Shown: piece after piece, positions 13,771 through 22,840 of the stretch
Numbering within the stretch: position 1 is the stretch's first letter
How the letters are laid out: each line of letters begins with the position of its first letter
Assembly: GCA_964427685.1 (NCBI GenBank)
Contig: CAYRVE010000001.1
Coordinates: 1-32,911, forward strand
DNA length: 32,911 nucleotides
DNA from: an uncultured Candidatus Saccharibacteria bacterium
GTDB taxonomy: Bacteria; Patescibacteriota; Saccharimonadia; Saccharimonadales; UBA4665
Reading direction: 5' to 3'
Position numbers and translations under genes: made by a program
The notes under the pieces: model-generated
Told to the model about the DNA's origin: nothing
Seen by the model: only the letters and a program-made list of their open reading frames with translations
The model's database searches: none

Positions 13771-15200
13771 TCTCCACCGCTATACCACTTAGCATATTCT
13801 GTGGCTTGTTGTGCTCTTTCGAGTTCAGCCTCAAACATACTCTCTGTTTGTTGTTTCGCCCACTCTTCTGTGCCCCACCTAGGCTTATCAGATTCAGGAG
13901 GTTTGTAACTAAAAGCATAACTAACTTTAAAGGCGTATAATACTGCATCGATAATATCTGAATGGAATCGGTTACTTACTTTGATTCTCTCTGGAGTTGT
14001 TTTATCTCTATCGATCTCTACTAGGAATGTCTCTCTAGCGAAACGAGAGTCTTTTTTGGCTTTAAACATACCTGTGCGAAGGGCATCATCTAATAAAGCA
14101 TAATTCTCCATTTTACGAGTCTTATCTGCTGCCTCTACTGGAATAAGGAATCTTCGGATCAGTTCCTCTCCAATCTTTTTACCGAGTCCGCCCATATCCA
14201 TTATCATCTTATTGATCTTGAATTGTTTGTCTATCTCTTTGATTTGATTAGCTAATGTGGTAATATCAGATTTAGCTGTAATTACTTCGTGTACTAGATA
14301 TGTAGCAGGATCTTGTTCAGACCAAGCCAAGACACTCAATGCATCTGAATCTTCAAAACCTACGTCAATACCCAGTATATAATTATAAGTTACATTAGGC
14401 TTTAACATTTGGAAATCATTGAGAGATTCTGTATAATGGAGTAACAAACTATCGCTATCTAATACCCATTCTCCGAAATATTCTCTACGAATACTTGGGC
14501 TGTCTGCTGTAACACCTCTACGCTTAAGCTCTCGTTCTAATAGTGTCTGCTGATTTACACCCGACTTAAGAGGCAAATGAGGGTTGTCCCAAAGAGTCCA
14601 GCCGTGCTTGCTCCAAGTATCAAGTTCCACCGCGCACTCGTGAAAGAAACCAGCAGGAATAGGCCCTGGAGTACCAATAAGGCAAAGGCTGCCAGCATAA
14701 TCAATAAGTGCAGGTGCAATAATGTCATCGATGAGTTCTCTAATATATTCCCGAAAAGATTGACATTCATCAATATAACAAAGATTAAGAGCAAGTCCAC
14801 GAAACTTCTCGATTTCTGAAGCATTCAAACATCCTGATAGGTAAATAGTTGATTCATTTGGAAATATAATGGAGAGTTCTGTTTCATTTTCTTTACCGCC
14901 AAGGTCATGCTCGCGGTTAATCCTGCGAAGTTCTTTCCACACGAGTTTTTTAGCAGTATCTCTAGTTAGAGTGATGTAAAGGCTGTTACTACCAGTCTTA
15001 TTGAGTGCCATATGGATGAGATGAGCAGCACATGCCGTAGTTTTGCCGGACCTTCGGCTACACACGGCTACTTTATACGGTGCAGGATCTTCTACGAAAG
15101 CTAATTGTTTGTCGAATAAGAAAGCCGTGACATTAAATTTACGAGAATAGAACCTGTCTAATTCTTTTTTATCTGTCTGCGGCTTAATTATTCGCTTCAC
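13767..15200 (-). CDS. terL: Terminase large subunit
   Basis: Walker A VCSRRSGKTTA, Walker B LCYIDECQ, and a C-terminal nuclease-like region containing GIDVGFEDSDA. 477 aa. GTG start overlapping the upstream TGA. Confidence 0.85.
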   Translation of the reverse strand: MKRIIKPQTDKKELDRFYSRKFNVTAFLFDKQLAFVEDPAPYKVAVCSRRSGKTTACAAHLIHMALNKTGSNSLYITLTRDTAKKLVWKELRRINREHDLGGKENETELSIIFPNESTIYLSGCLNASEIEKFRGLALNLCYIDECQSFREYIRELIDDIIAPALIDYAGSLCLIGTPGPIPAGFFHECAVELDTWSKHGWTLWDNPHLPLKSGVNQQTLLERELKRRGVTADSPSIRREYFGEWVLDSDSLLLHYTESLNDFQMLKPNVTYNYILGIDVGFEDSDALSVLAWSEQDPATYLVHEVITAKSDITTLANQIKEIDKQFKINKMIMDMGGLGKKIGEELIRRFLIPVEAADKTRKMENYALLDDALRTGMFKAKKDSRFARETFLVEIDRDKTTPERIKVSNRFHSDIIDAVLYAFKVSYAFSYKPPESDKPRWGTEEWAKQQTESMFEAELERAQQATEYAKWYSGGE

Positions 15201-15439
15201 TCAGCAAGCACCGTATGTATAAAACCTGTTACTGGTACTAGGAACTGAATGATCTTCTTAGGATTCTTTTGTGCCGGCACTTCTACTAATACCCACGGCT
15301 CACAAAGAGTCATTTTAGTGGCCTTTCGAGCCGTATCAGACCAGTTTTGTAGCGTAGGACCGAACTGACCTGTCTCTGGATGATGAATATGCCCATGCAT
15401 AGTAGCGTAAGAGATTTCTTTACTATCGTATTTAGACAT
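15197..15439 (-). CDS. Hypothetical protein (80 aa)
   Basis: ORF track. Coupled at both ends (TAATG, GTGA). Confidence 0.5.
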   Translation of the reverse strand: MSKYDSKEISYATMHGHIHHPETGQFGPTLQNWSDTARKATKMTLCEPWVLVEVPAQKNPKKIIQFLVPVTGFIHTVLAE

Positions 15440-15705
15440 TATGCACTTTCCTGCGGCGTCTCAGTTTTAGTCTCTTCTGTAGCCTTGTTTTTAGCTTCTA
15501 AATCGAGTTTAGAGCGTTCCGAAGCCTCGACTTCGACTTCTTGGATACGAGACAAGAAAGAGCGTATATCAGCATCGATACGGTGAATTTGATATCGAGC
15601 CGAGCCTATTTTAGCGCAAAGCTGATTATATTCACCGTTGATTTCCGTCATTTCCCTCGGAGGAGTCTTGGTAGTTCCCGCCAACTTCTGCAACATTTTT
15701 TTCAT
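15439..15705 (-). CDS. Hypothetical coiled-coil protein (88 aa). A small terminase role cannot be excluded.
   Basis: ORF track. GGAG lies 7 nt before ATG 15705. Confidence 0.5.
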   Translation of the reverse strand: MKKMLQKLAGTTKTPPREMTEINGEYNQLCAKIGSARYQIHRIDADIRSFLSRIQEVEVEASERSKLDLEAKNKATEETKTETPQESA

Positions 15706-15802
15706 TAACAGCTCCTTTTTTAGCTAATTTAGTTAATTTTTTGAATTCTTTGTTTTTCATGATCTTACGTTGTCGTTCTTCATTAGTCTTAAATCTGCCC
15801 AT
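15632..15802 (-). CDS. Candidate 56-aa very basic protein that fills the 15706..15808 gap and overlaps the next gene out of frame
   Basis: ATG 15802 preceded by GAGGTTAT. Reads MGRFKTNEERQRKIMKNKEFKKLTKLAKKG... Below the ORF-track cut-off. Confidence 0.3.
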   Translation of the reverse strand: MGRFKTNEERQRKIMKNKEFKKLTKLAKKGAVNEKNVAEVGGNYQDSSEGNDGNQR

Positions 15803-15808
15803 ATAACC

Positions 15809-16225
15809 TCAGAATAGTGGATTGAATTTAGCGTTTGGTAACTTATATCGAAGCTCAGACCCTAATTTAGTAAGATGCGCAATGTACTTAGGGTTTTGAG
15901 CGATCAATGATTTAGCCACACCTTTACGGCGCCATGCGGCCTTTACAAACACCCAATACAGTGTTTCTTTGTTCTTAGATACAATGCTATAGCCTAGAAT
16001 TACGTCAGAATCTTCTGGTAGACAAGCTACTACAACCTCTGTATTAGGATCATTTATAAGTGCTTGCACGACATGCTTATATTTATTCATGAAGAGGTCT
16101 TTGGGCATTTCACTAAAAAGACTCTCACCATAATAAAGTCCTCTAAGGAATGTAGCTAACACGAAATTCTTATCAGTATCTTTAGCTAATCTCGTATTAA
16201 ATAAACCTATAAAATCATTTGTCAT
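15809..16225 (-). CDS. GNAT-family N-acetyltransferase
   Basis: Acetyl-CoA motif A, WRRKGVAKSL (R-x-x-G-x-A), after a beta-strand VFVKAA. 138 aa. Confidence 0.55.
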   Translation of the reverse strand: MTNDFIGLFNTRLAKDTDKNFVLATFLRGLYYGESLFSEMPKDLFMNKYKHVVQALINDPNTEVVVACLPEDSDVILGYSIVSKNKETLYWVFVKAAWRRKGVAKSLIAQNPKYIAHLTKLGSELRYKLPNAKFNPLF

Positions 16226-16644
16226 TTAATTAACTTCTGTTTCATCAGTTCTCTATAATGTACGACAATTCTCTGTATTAAATCCTTAGTATAAGGTCTG
16301 CTCTGCCCTGTATATCGGCCATGTTTCGAAGGCCTGTTCATTACTCCCGCATCTTTCAGAAGATTCACTATACTTCTAATACTGATTCCTTCTGAGTGAT
16401 ACGCCCAAATTACTTCATGGACTTTTGAAGGAAATTTATGCATATTCAAGAACTGCGTTGCCAGACTATAATAGTCCAATTTAGCCTGCTGAGGATAAGC
16501 TTTAGTCCATTCGCTGTTAAATTTCCAATTTAGACTGCCGCCGCTGAACTGTCTACTATTAGATTCTATGTCATGGAAACCAGAAGCTTTTAACTTATCA
16601 TACCAAAGCTTTTTGAGTTTCTTGAAATCAGCTTGGCTTGCCAT
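16222..16644 (-). CDS. Hypothetical protein (140 aa), possible HTH DNA-binding protein
   Basis: ORF track. ATGA coupling downstream. The function is a guess. Confidence 0.5.
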   Translation of the reverse strand: MASQADFKKLKKLWYDKLKASGFHDIESNSRQFSGGSLNWKFNSEWTKAYPQQAKLDYYSLATQFLNMHKFPSKVHEVIWAYHSEGISIRSIVNLLKDAGVMNRPSKHGRYTGQSRPYTKDLIQRIVVHYRELMKQKLIK

Positions 16645-16993
16645 CGGCTACTTTTTGTGCCGATGTATCTTCAACGGTTTTGGTTTGTGCGTCTTGTGCT
16701 GTTTTGATGTCCTGGAAAACCTGACTAGCTACTTGATTAGCAGCAGATTTTCGAAGACGTACTACGAAGTAATTCTTTGGAAGAGCGCCTCTATCTGCTG
16801 GCGCATGAATTATCATACTAGCAATGGCGAACTCCATTGAAGTCCTATTGGCATACTCTCCCGAGAGAGCAATGACGTCTGTCACAAACTTATCCATTTC
16901 GGTCTTGCCTACAGGCAATCGAGTTGGATAATAAGACAAGATTTTCAAAATGAGTCGTTTTATGGTACTTTTTGCAAATTCGAGTAGTTTCAA
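16628..16993 (-). CDS. Hypothetical protein (121 aa), TTG start
   Basis: AAGGGG lies 8 nt before TTG 16993. Promoter candidate directly upstream. Confidence 0.5.
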   Translation of the reverse strand: MKLLEFAKSTIKRLILKILSYYPTRLPVGKTEMDKFVTDVIALSGEYANRTSMEFAIASMIIHAPADRGALPKNYFVVRLRKSAANQVASQVFQDIKTAQDAQTKTVEDTSAQKVADGKPS

Positions 16994-17017
16994 ACTGTTT
17001 AACCCCTTGTTATCTCT

Positions 17018-17045
17018 ATAATAACAATTATTCTTTATTTGTCAA
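17018..17045 (-). promoter_or_regulatory. Sigma70-like promoter TTGACA-N16-TATTAT
   Basis: Minus strand: TTGACAaataaagaataattgtTATTAT, between the polymerase stop and gene 16628..16993. Confidence 0.45.
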
Positions 17046-17053
17046 GGATTATT

Positions 17054-19144
17054 TTATACTTCTGAAAGATTTTTACCAACTTTTGGAATGGCTTCTAGCT
17101 CTACGCCTTCTAAAACCACCGTGGATTCCATTGCGTCTCTTAATAAAACACTAATGATTTCAGCATCTTGCTCATTGCACTCGACAACAATGCTGTCATG
17201 TACTTGACAGACGATTTTAGCCTCTACTCCAGCAGACTTAGCATTATTATGAAATCTTATCATAGCTCTATTGACTATAGAAGCTGCCGTAGATTGAATT
17301 CGATGATTCACGGCTAAATTCAATAGTTTACGTGCTTCATACGGTAAATCAGCGTGTTTTTTATTACCATAAAGTTTAGTGATACGCTTGGCTTCTGGTA
17401 TACGACGAGGTCTGCCAAAGATATTGGTTACTTGTCCAGTTTCTTTAGCTGTCTTATGGCTTTCAAGCATCATTTCAGCTACAGTAGGGAACTTTTCGAA
17501 ATACGAATCTATATCCGATTGTGTATCTTCTGCTGATTTATTCATTAGAGGTGCTAGTTGGTGTCCAGTAGCTCCGTATGTGGATGCCAGTGCAAATACC
17601 TTAGAGTCTTGTCTTAGTTTGGGATGTTGAAGGCCAAAAGCCTTGGGATTTCCTTCTTTAAGCGGCAGACACTCGAGCTTATCGTAAACTTCTCTGCCTA
17701 CAACTGAATAGAAGTCTTGTCCTTCTTTAAAGCAAGCTAAAAGTCTTTCATCCTTACTAAAATAAGCAAATACTCGAGGTTCGAGTTGCGCATAATCTGC
17801 ACCGACGAATACTTTGCCTGGTCTCGATACCACACACGCCTTAATTCGTTTGTCATCCCTGGGAAGGTTTTGAAAGTTAGGGTTTCTACTACTGTACCGT
17901 CCGCTAGATGTTCCGTGCTGGAGGTAACTTGGTTGTATAGTTCCATATTGGATTCTCTCCTCTATTCCTTCTACGTATGTGTTTAGTAACTTCATTTTTC
18001 TTTGGTATTCTAAGAGTCTTTCTATCCATTTGTATTTAGGTGCTAATTTAGTAAGCGTCTTTTTATCGCATGCTATATATACCCAAGGATCGCGGACTTT
18101 CTTTCCTTTTATTAACTTGCCATTGACTTTTCCATCTAAAGTATACTTCTCGTCTTTACGTTGAAGGCATTCTGCTATAAATGCAGACTTAGCGGTTTTA
18201 TAATACGGAATCTGCATATTCATAGATTTACAAGCAGTTTTACCGGCTTTGGTTAGTGTATTGAATTCTAGTTTATACTGTCCAAATAGTAACCAAGAGA
18301 GTTGTTGACTAGCTCCTATATTAAATGTATTCTTTTTGTTTGTGCCTGGATATTTGTCTTTGATTTTATCGTGTATTTCTCGATAGATAAAGGCTTTGGC
18401 TTCAGCGCACTCGGCTTCCAACGTCTTTTTAAGTGTTGTTAAGGCATTAGTATCTATTTGAAGACCTGTCGTATTCAATTCATATGTAGGTCCTTTAAGC
18501 AACGGCATAGATTCATCATCATAAAAGAATGAATCGAGGCATTGTTCGAGGAGTTGTGGAATGAATTCATTGCAAAGTCGAAAGGTCATTAAAGCATCTT
18601 TAGCGCCATATTTACCCATTAGGTAAGAATCAGCCTTATACATTTCGTAGCAGTCTTTAGTTAGCTTACCTCCATTGGCTAATACGCTCTCTTTCATTTC
18701 CTTGGCTTCATTAGTCTGATCTTCCCCAAACAATGCAGAGGACAGTTCTTTAAGGCCTACACGACGGTTCTCATTGAGTAAATGTGCGAGTATCATTGAG
18801 TCTGTGTGAACAGAATCTATTAAATTCACCTTGAAGCAGGTTTCCACTATCATGCAATCGAATGTGGCGTTGTGCATCCAAAGTTTCTTAGTTTTAAGTA
18901 ATTGAAGCAATTCAATAACGTGCTGTATATATGGCATTTGTATAAGTTGCCCATTTTCCCACTTTTCTAAAATTATATAATAAGCTTTAGACTCTTCTAC
19001 ACACACAGAAACACCGATGATTCTGTCTCTTTTAGTCAAACCAGTAGTCTCTGAATCGAAAGCTACATATTCGAATTGTGCTATATACTGGTATAGTATA
19101 CTGAACATTTCAATTGTGTCTATAACGATTAGTTCAGGAGTCAT
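17054..19144 (-). CDS. Family A DNA polymerase with a 3'-5' exonuclease domain
   Basis: Exo I FDSETTGL, motif A GADYAQLEPRV, motif B RQDSKVFALASTYG, motif C CQVHDSIVVE. 696 aa. Confidence 0.9.
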   Translation of the reverse strand: MTPELIVIDTIEMFSILYQYIAQFEYVAFDSETTGLTKRDRIIGVSVCVEESKAYYIILEKWENGQLIQMPYIQHVIELLQLLKTKKLWMHNATFDCMIVETCFKVNLIDSVHTDSMILAHLLNENRRVGLKELSSALFGEDQTNEAKEMKESVLANGGKLTKDCYEMYKADSYLMGKYGAKDALMTFRLCNEFIPQLLEQCLDSFFYDDESMPLLKGPTYELNTTGLQIDTNALTTLKKTLEAECAEAKAFIYREIHDKIKDKYPGTNKKNTFNIGASQQLSWLLFGQYKLEFNTLTKAGKTACKSMNMQIPYYKTAKSAFIAECLQRKDEKYTLDGKVNGKLIKGKKVRDPWVYIACDKKTLTKLAPKYKWIERLLEYQRKMKLLNTYVEGIEERIQYGTIQPSYLQHGTSSGRYSSRNPNFQNLPRDDKRIKACVVSRPGKVFVGADYAQLEPRVFAYFSKDERLLACFKEGQDFYSVVGREVYDKLECLPLKEGNPKAFGLQHPKLRQDSKVFALASTYGATGHQLAPLMNKSAEDTQSDIDSYFEKFPTVAEMMLESHKTAKETGQVTNIFGRPRRIPEAKRITKLYGNKKHADLPYEARKLLNLAVNHRIQSTAASIVNRAMIRFHNNAKSAGVEAKIVCQVHDSIVVECNEQDAEIISVLLRDAMESTVVLEGVELEAIPKVGKNLSEV

Positions 19145-19347
19145 TTGATTCCATATAACAGTTTTTCTAGTTCTGATAAATCTGCTAGTGCTAGTAATAA
19201 ATCATTTTTACGTATAAAAAAAGGTCTAGGTAAATTTGGTTCACGACAACAATATAAATTTTCTTTTTGGTCCCATACATATTTGAACTCAACAATTTTT
19301 TGAAGTACTATACAAAATAGTAAGTCTCCTGCTTTAGGCTCTTTCAT
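19141..19347 (-). CDS. Hypothetical protein (68 aa from ATG 19347; GTG 19356 is also possible)
   Basis: ORF track. ATGA coupling to the polymerase gene. Confidence 0.45.
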   Translation of the reverse strand: MKEPKAGDLLFCIVLQKIVEFKYVWDQKENLYCCREPNLPRPFFIRKNDLLLALADLSELEKLLYGIK

Positions 19348-21151
19348 ACTGTACACTTTTGTATGATAGTAATTCTGTTTTTCGATCAGATTTTCTCTTG
19401 TTAGTGGCTTTTGGTAGAAAATAATTGAAAGATGTCTCTTGGTCTTGAGTCATGTCTTGCATTCTTTCCGTTATCGGATCAAAAGCCATATAATATGGCA
19501 CATCTTCTTGAATTACATCTAGTTTACCTTTTTTATGTCGGATTTTGCAATACTTAAAGGCTGTTACTGTAGGACACGCCTCTTCTGAATGACATCGTTT
19601 CAAAGGTTGCCAAAGTGTAATAAGATAATCACAATAGCTCTCGAAATACACCGTGCCGTAGGCGGCATCTTTGTTTAGTTCGAGATCTCCTATTCCAGCT
19701 TTCTCTCGACTAGATTGGGACTGCATTACTAGAAGCGTGTTAGTCTCAATAGCAAAGGCTTTCATTTCATGACAAATAGTCATGAGATCTTGATTCTCGC
19801 CGTCCTTACCTTTTTTCTTCAGTGCTCCAATATGATCTATTACGACACAACCAACTTTTATATTCTTGGCTTCTTGGAATTTCTTGATGTATTCACGTAT
19901 TTCGCCAAATGAGAGATGTCTAAAGCTGCCATCATCTGCGTAGTTGCTTATGACATGGACTTTTTCATGGAGACTAGTATCTTCTCCACACATAGTCTTC
20001 CAGCGTTCCGCTATCTCTCCTGCTGGTTGCTCCAGCGGTATAAAGAAGTGATGATACTCAGGATTATCTTGTACGAACCAGCGAAACATATTTAAAGCGA
20101 AGGCGGTCTTACCTACGCCGGAGCCTGCGACTAAACCTATCACCTGGCCTAGTCTAAAGCCATGAACTGTATTATCAATCCTGGGATGGCATCGGAAGGG
20201 CTGACCTTTCAAGGTATCAGAAGGTCTTGATAAGATATCTTTTACACTACGGCTTAGTGGTTCTAATTCCTTAGTTTCTGAGAGTTCGTACGTCCATATC
20301 TTATCTACTATGTTTTGTGCGTAATTACTACGATGAATAGGCGCTCTTTGGAGGGCTTTGGCTGAGTTCACCAACACGGACAAGGCCTCGTCTTTAGTAA
20401 AGCCGTTAGCAAACATGAGATGTCCTAGACGGTAATCAGACTTACTTCTATCGTCTGTTGTGCCAGCCCACAATTCTTTGACTTCCTGATTGCTGTGGAT
20501 TAGTTCTCCGAATTTCACCGGTATTGAATCGTCGATGTTTACATTTTCTTGATTGATTCCCCAAGTCCTATTATAATGATCTTTACAGTACTTCTCATCT
20601 TCTAGTGCAATAGGTGGTAATAGAGCATCTAATTCTTCGCAAGTGTATTGTATGGCATTCTCATACAATTGTATGCATTCAACATACGGTTTTTTCTTAG
20701 TATTCATAGTGCCAGGTAGACGCATCAATTGGAATAATTGTCCTACGGCTTCGTCTGTATTAAATAATCGCATTAACCGCCGCTGGAAACGGAGATAACT
20801 CATAGCATCTAGATTAGAGACTTTCCAATAGACATGGACACCGTTTCCAGAATCAACTATTCTGGAAGGCGATATTCCTGATACTCCTATGGCCTCAATG
20901 AACTCATCTTTGCTCGAATACATTCCAGCCTTGCAGTCATAATCGACAAAAACAGTGGTAAACACATCAATATGAGTGCCATTAAGAGTAACGCCTCTAT
21001 CGTAATCTTTAGGATGATTTGGCAGGTAATAAACGTTATAGCCTTTATTATTAAGACTGCTGATTTCAGCACCAGAGAATTCTCCCTCTAAGACTTTAGT
21101 AACGCCAAGCTCTTCTAACCACTTTGGAGCAATTAAACGGCATAGAGTCAT
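19334..21151 (-). CDS. Bifunctional primase-polymerase / DnaB-RecA-type replicative helicase
   Basis: N-terminal prim-pol motifs VFVDYD and NGVHVYWKV. C-terminal Walker A VAGSGVGKTA and Walker B CVVIDHIG. RBS GAGGAG. Confidence 0.85.
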   Translation of the reverse strand: MTLCRLIAPKWLEELGVTKVLEGEFSGAEISSLNNKGYNVYYLPNHPKDYDRGVTLNGTHIDVFTTVFVDYDCKAGMYSSKDEFIEAIGVSGISPSRIVDSGNGVHVYWKVSNLDAMSYLRFQRRLMRLFNTDEAVGQLFQLMRLPGTMNTKKKPYVECIQLYENAIQYTCEELDALLPPIALEDEKYCKDHYNRTWGINQENVNIDDSIPVKFGELIHSNQEVKELWAGTTDDRSKSDYRLGHLMFANGFTKDEALSVLVNSAKALQRAPIHRSNYAQNIVDKIWTYELSETKELEPLSRSVKDILSRPSDTLKGQPFRCHPRIDNTVHGFRLGQVIGLVAGSGVGKTAFALNMFRWFVQDNPEYHHFFIPLEQPAGEIAERWKTMCGEDTSLHEKVHVISNYADDGSFRHLSFGEIREYIKKFQEAKNIKVGCVVIDHIGALKKKGKDGENQDLMTICHEMKAFAIETNTLLVMQSQSSREKAGIGDLELNKDAAYGTVYFESYCDYLITLWQPLKRCHSEEACPTVTAFKYCKIRHKKGKLDVIQEDVPYYMAFDPITERMQDMTQDQETSFNYFLPKATNKRKSDRKTELLSYKSVQYERA

Positions 21152-21160
21152 ATTCTCCTC

Positions 21161-21187
21161 AAAAAGCAGGAGGGACGCTACTCCCTC
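21161..21187 (-). terminator. Terminator-like hairpin plus U5 located 3 nt upstream of the primase-helicase RBS
   Basis: Minus strand: GAGGGA-GUAGCG-UCCCUC CUG CUUUUU GAGGAG. A TATAAT hexamer (21189..21194) abuts its 5' arm. Confidence 0.4.
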
Positions 21188-21322
21188 TATTATAGTTATT
21201 CTTGCCCTTATTACCTATCGACACGTTTGACCTATGTCTGCGTGTTCCAGTAGCTACGAAATTCTGTATTGCTCTAGGAGCCAGACTCAATACTACAGCC
21301 TTCCACGCCTCTGCCCAAAAAA

Positions 21323-21841
21323 CTAAGCCTTTTTACTTCGTTTATTCAACATAGCTTGGACTTCTGCTGCGCGCGCAGCACGAGCCGAGGCTACTGCTCC
21401 GGCATCATAGTCCTGATTATCATCGTCTTCATCCGAATCACCAGAATCTTCGTAATCACCGCCAGAGTTATCGCCGTCTGCCTCAAGGGTAGTTCCAAGG
21501 CCGGACACATCAACAGTGTTATCACCATCAACTTCGACTTTATATGTATACATCTCGCCGTTGGGTGTAGGTTTAGTGCCGGTGCTAGTAATGCGAACCA
21601 TTACGCCTGGTGCAGCTTGTGCGAGTTTACGATCCAAATCCGTAGTTCCCCATACGCCGAGATTTCCCTTTGGTGTCTGAAGGAAATGGAGTGTACTATC
21701 TCCGCGCTTGCTTTTCACGGTGCGAGAGCCGAGGAAATAGCCTTCTGCTGACTTAGGATAAGGCTTTCCTGTTTCCTTATTTGTTTTACCGATTGCAATC
21801 GTTACTTCTGCATCCAAGGATGCCAGTTCTTTAAAGCCCAA
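21323..21841 (-). CDS. Putative ssDNA-binding protein with an acidic region near the C-terminus (the CDS is solid, the function tentative)
   Basis: TTG start with AAGGAGA 5 nt upstream. Beta-rich core followed by DYEDSGDSDEDDDNQDYD. Placed next to replication genes. Confidence 0.45.
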   Translation of the reverse strand: MGFKELASLDAEVTIAIGKTNKETGKPYPKSAEGYFLGSRTVKSKRGDSTLHFLQTPKGNLGVWGTTDLDRKLAQAAPGVMVRITSTGTKPTPNGEMYTYKVEVDGDNTVDVSGLGTTLEADGDNSGGDYEDSGDSDEDDDNQDYDAGAVASARAARAAEVQAMLNKRSKKA

Positions 21842-21862
21842 GATATTCTCCTTAGTTATTGG

Positions 21863-22072
21863 TTAGTTATCGAAACGTCGAACTTTCGTATTCAATTCTT
21901 CTGTGAGATCTTTCACAGCATTAGCTGCTATAGCAAACTCGTTTAGCTTCAGTACGGCATTGTCGTCAAGCACGTTATTATTGTGCTGAACGCACCATTT
22001 CACTGCCTCAGCAAGATCCGTGGCTGAGTTTACATATTTAGCTAGAGTCTTCTGAGTTTGTCTCGTACTCAT
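21863..22072 (-). CDS. Hypothetical protein (69 aa)
   Basis: Start moved to ATG 22072 (MSTRQTQ...), with AAGGA upstream, just after the stop of 22074..22445. Confidence 0.5.
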   Translation of the reverse strand: MSTRQTQKTLAKYVNSATDLAEAVKWCVQHNNNVLDDNAVLKLNEFAIAANAVKDLTEELNTKVRRFDN

Positions 22073-22073
22073 A

Positions 22074-22445
22074 TCATTCCTTATACTTTTCGTCGGGACC
22101 AATAAACACTCTGTCCTTCATCCAACCAGACACATCTGTATCGTCCAGATAAACTAACGGCTTACTCATAATCTGATGTACATACGGCACTAAGTCAAGT
22201 GCCTGGATTACATTCCTAGCCCATTCATAACCGCCCCTGCTCCATACGAGGATATAACTACCCCTGTGATGCTCCTCTTTTAGAAGTCTTACCATAGCTT
22301 TATTAATTCTCACACGAATGTTCTTACCTGTCAATGGGTCTACTACATCTATTCTCTCTGACGCTGTAATAGTATCGCGCGTATGAATAATCAAGGTCCC
22401 ATCAACATCCACTGGGCGAATATTTTCTACTTTAGTGACTATCAT
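22074..22445 (-). CDS. Small HAD-superfamily hydrolase-like protein
   Basis: HAD motif I VDVDGTL near the N-terminus. Only 123 aa. Confidence 0.5.
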   Translation of the reverse strand: MIVTKVENIRPVDVDGTLIIHTRDTITASERIDVVDPLTGKNIRVRINKAMVRLLKEEHHRGSYILVWSRGGYEWARNVIQALDLVPYVHQIMSKPLVYLDDTDVSGWMKDRVFIGPDEKYKE

Positions 22446-22840
22446 TTCTTCTCCTGTTTATAGCGGTCATCAAGATCAGGCCGAGTATCTTCAAACTCTA
22501 GGATGAAAAACAAACAGCAGCAAGCATGGGCTAAGTGGCTTAATCCAGTCTCTGGATCTTTGTCTTCCCCGCCTATATAAGCGTAGAGGTGTCGGGCCGC
22601 AGCAGCTAAGGGGCGGCTCCAAACGAAACCACCGCGCCAGTTATGTGCAGAGTACTTCTTCTTTCCAAATGTCATTACCTGAGCAACTTTTAGAAGTGCC
22701 GTATTTGATAGAAGAGACATATCAGGTTTATCCTGATCATGTTTAATTCCTGTCATAGGTTTAGATTCTTCTTTTCTAAACTCGCTGTCTAATTCATGCG
22801 CACGGGCCAAATCAGCAGCTGGATTTTTGTATATATTCAC
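22442..22840 (-). CDS. MazG-like all-alpha NTP pyrophosphohydrolase of the DUF5664 (dATP/dGTP diphosphohydrolase N-terminal) type
   Basis: KHDQDKPDMSLL, FGKKKYSAHNWRGG and GEDKDPETGLSHLAHA fit the pattern I recall for this phage family. Confidence 0.65.
   Translation of the reverse strand: MNIYKNPAADLARAHELDSEFRKEESKPMTGIKHDQDKPDMSLLSNTALLKVAQVMTFGKKKYSAHNWRGGFVWSRPLAAAARHLYAYIGGEDKDPETGLSHLAHACCCLFFILEFEDTRPDLDDRYKQEKK

Noticed and set aside
21188-21322. A tRNA or other structured RNA gene in the SSB-primase spacer.
   Set aside because: There are no complementary acceptor-stem ends, no GTTCRA-type T-loop and no anticodon-stem layout on either strand. Only short imperfect inverted repeats are present.
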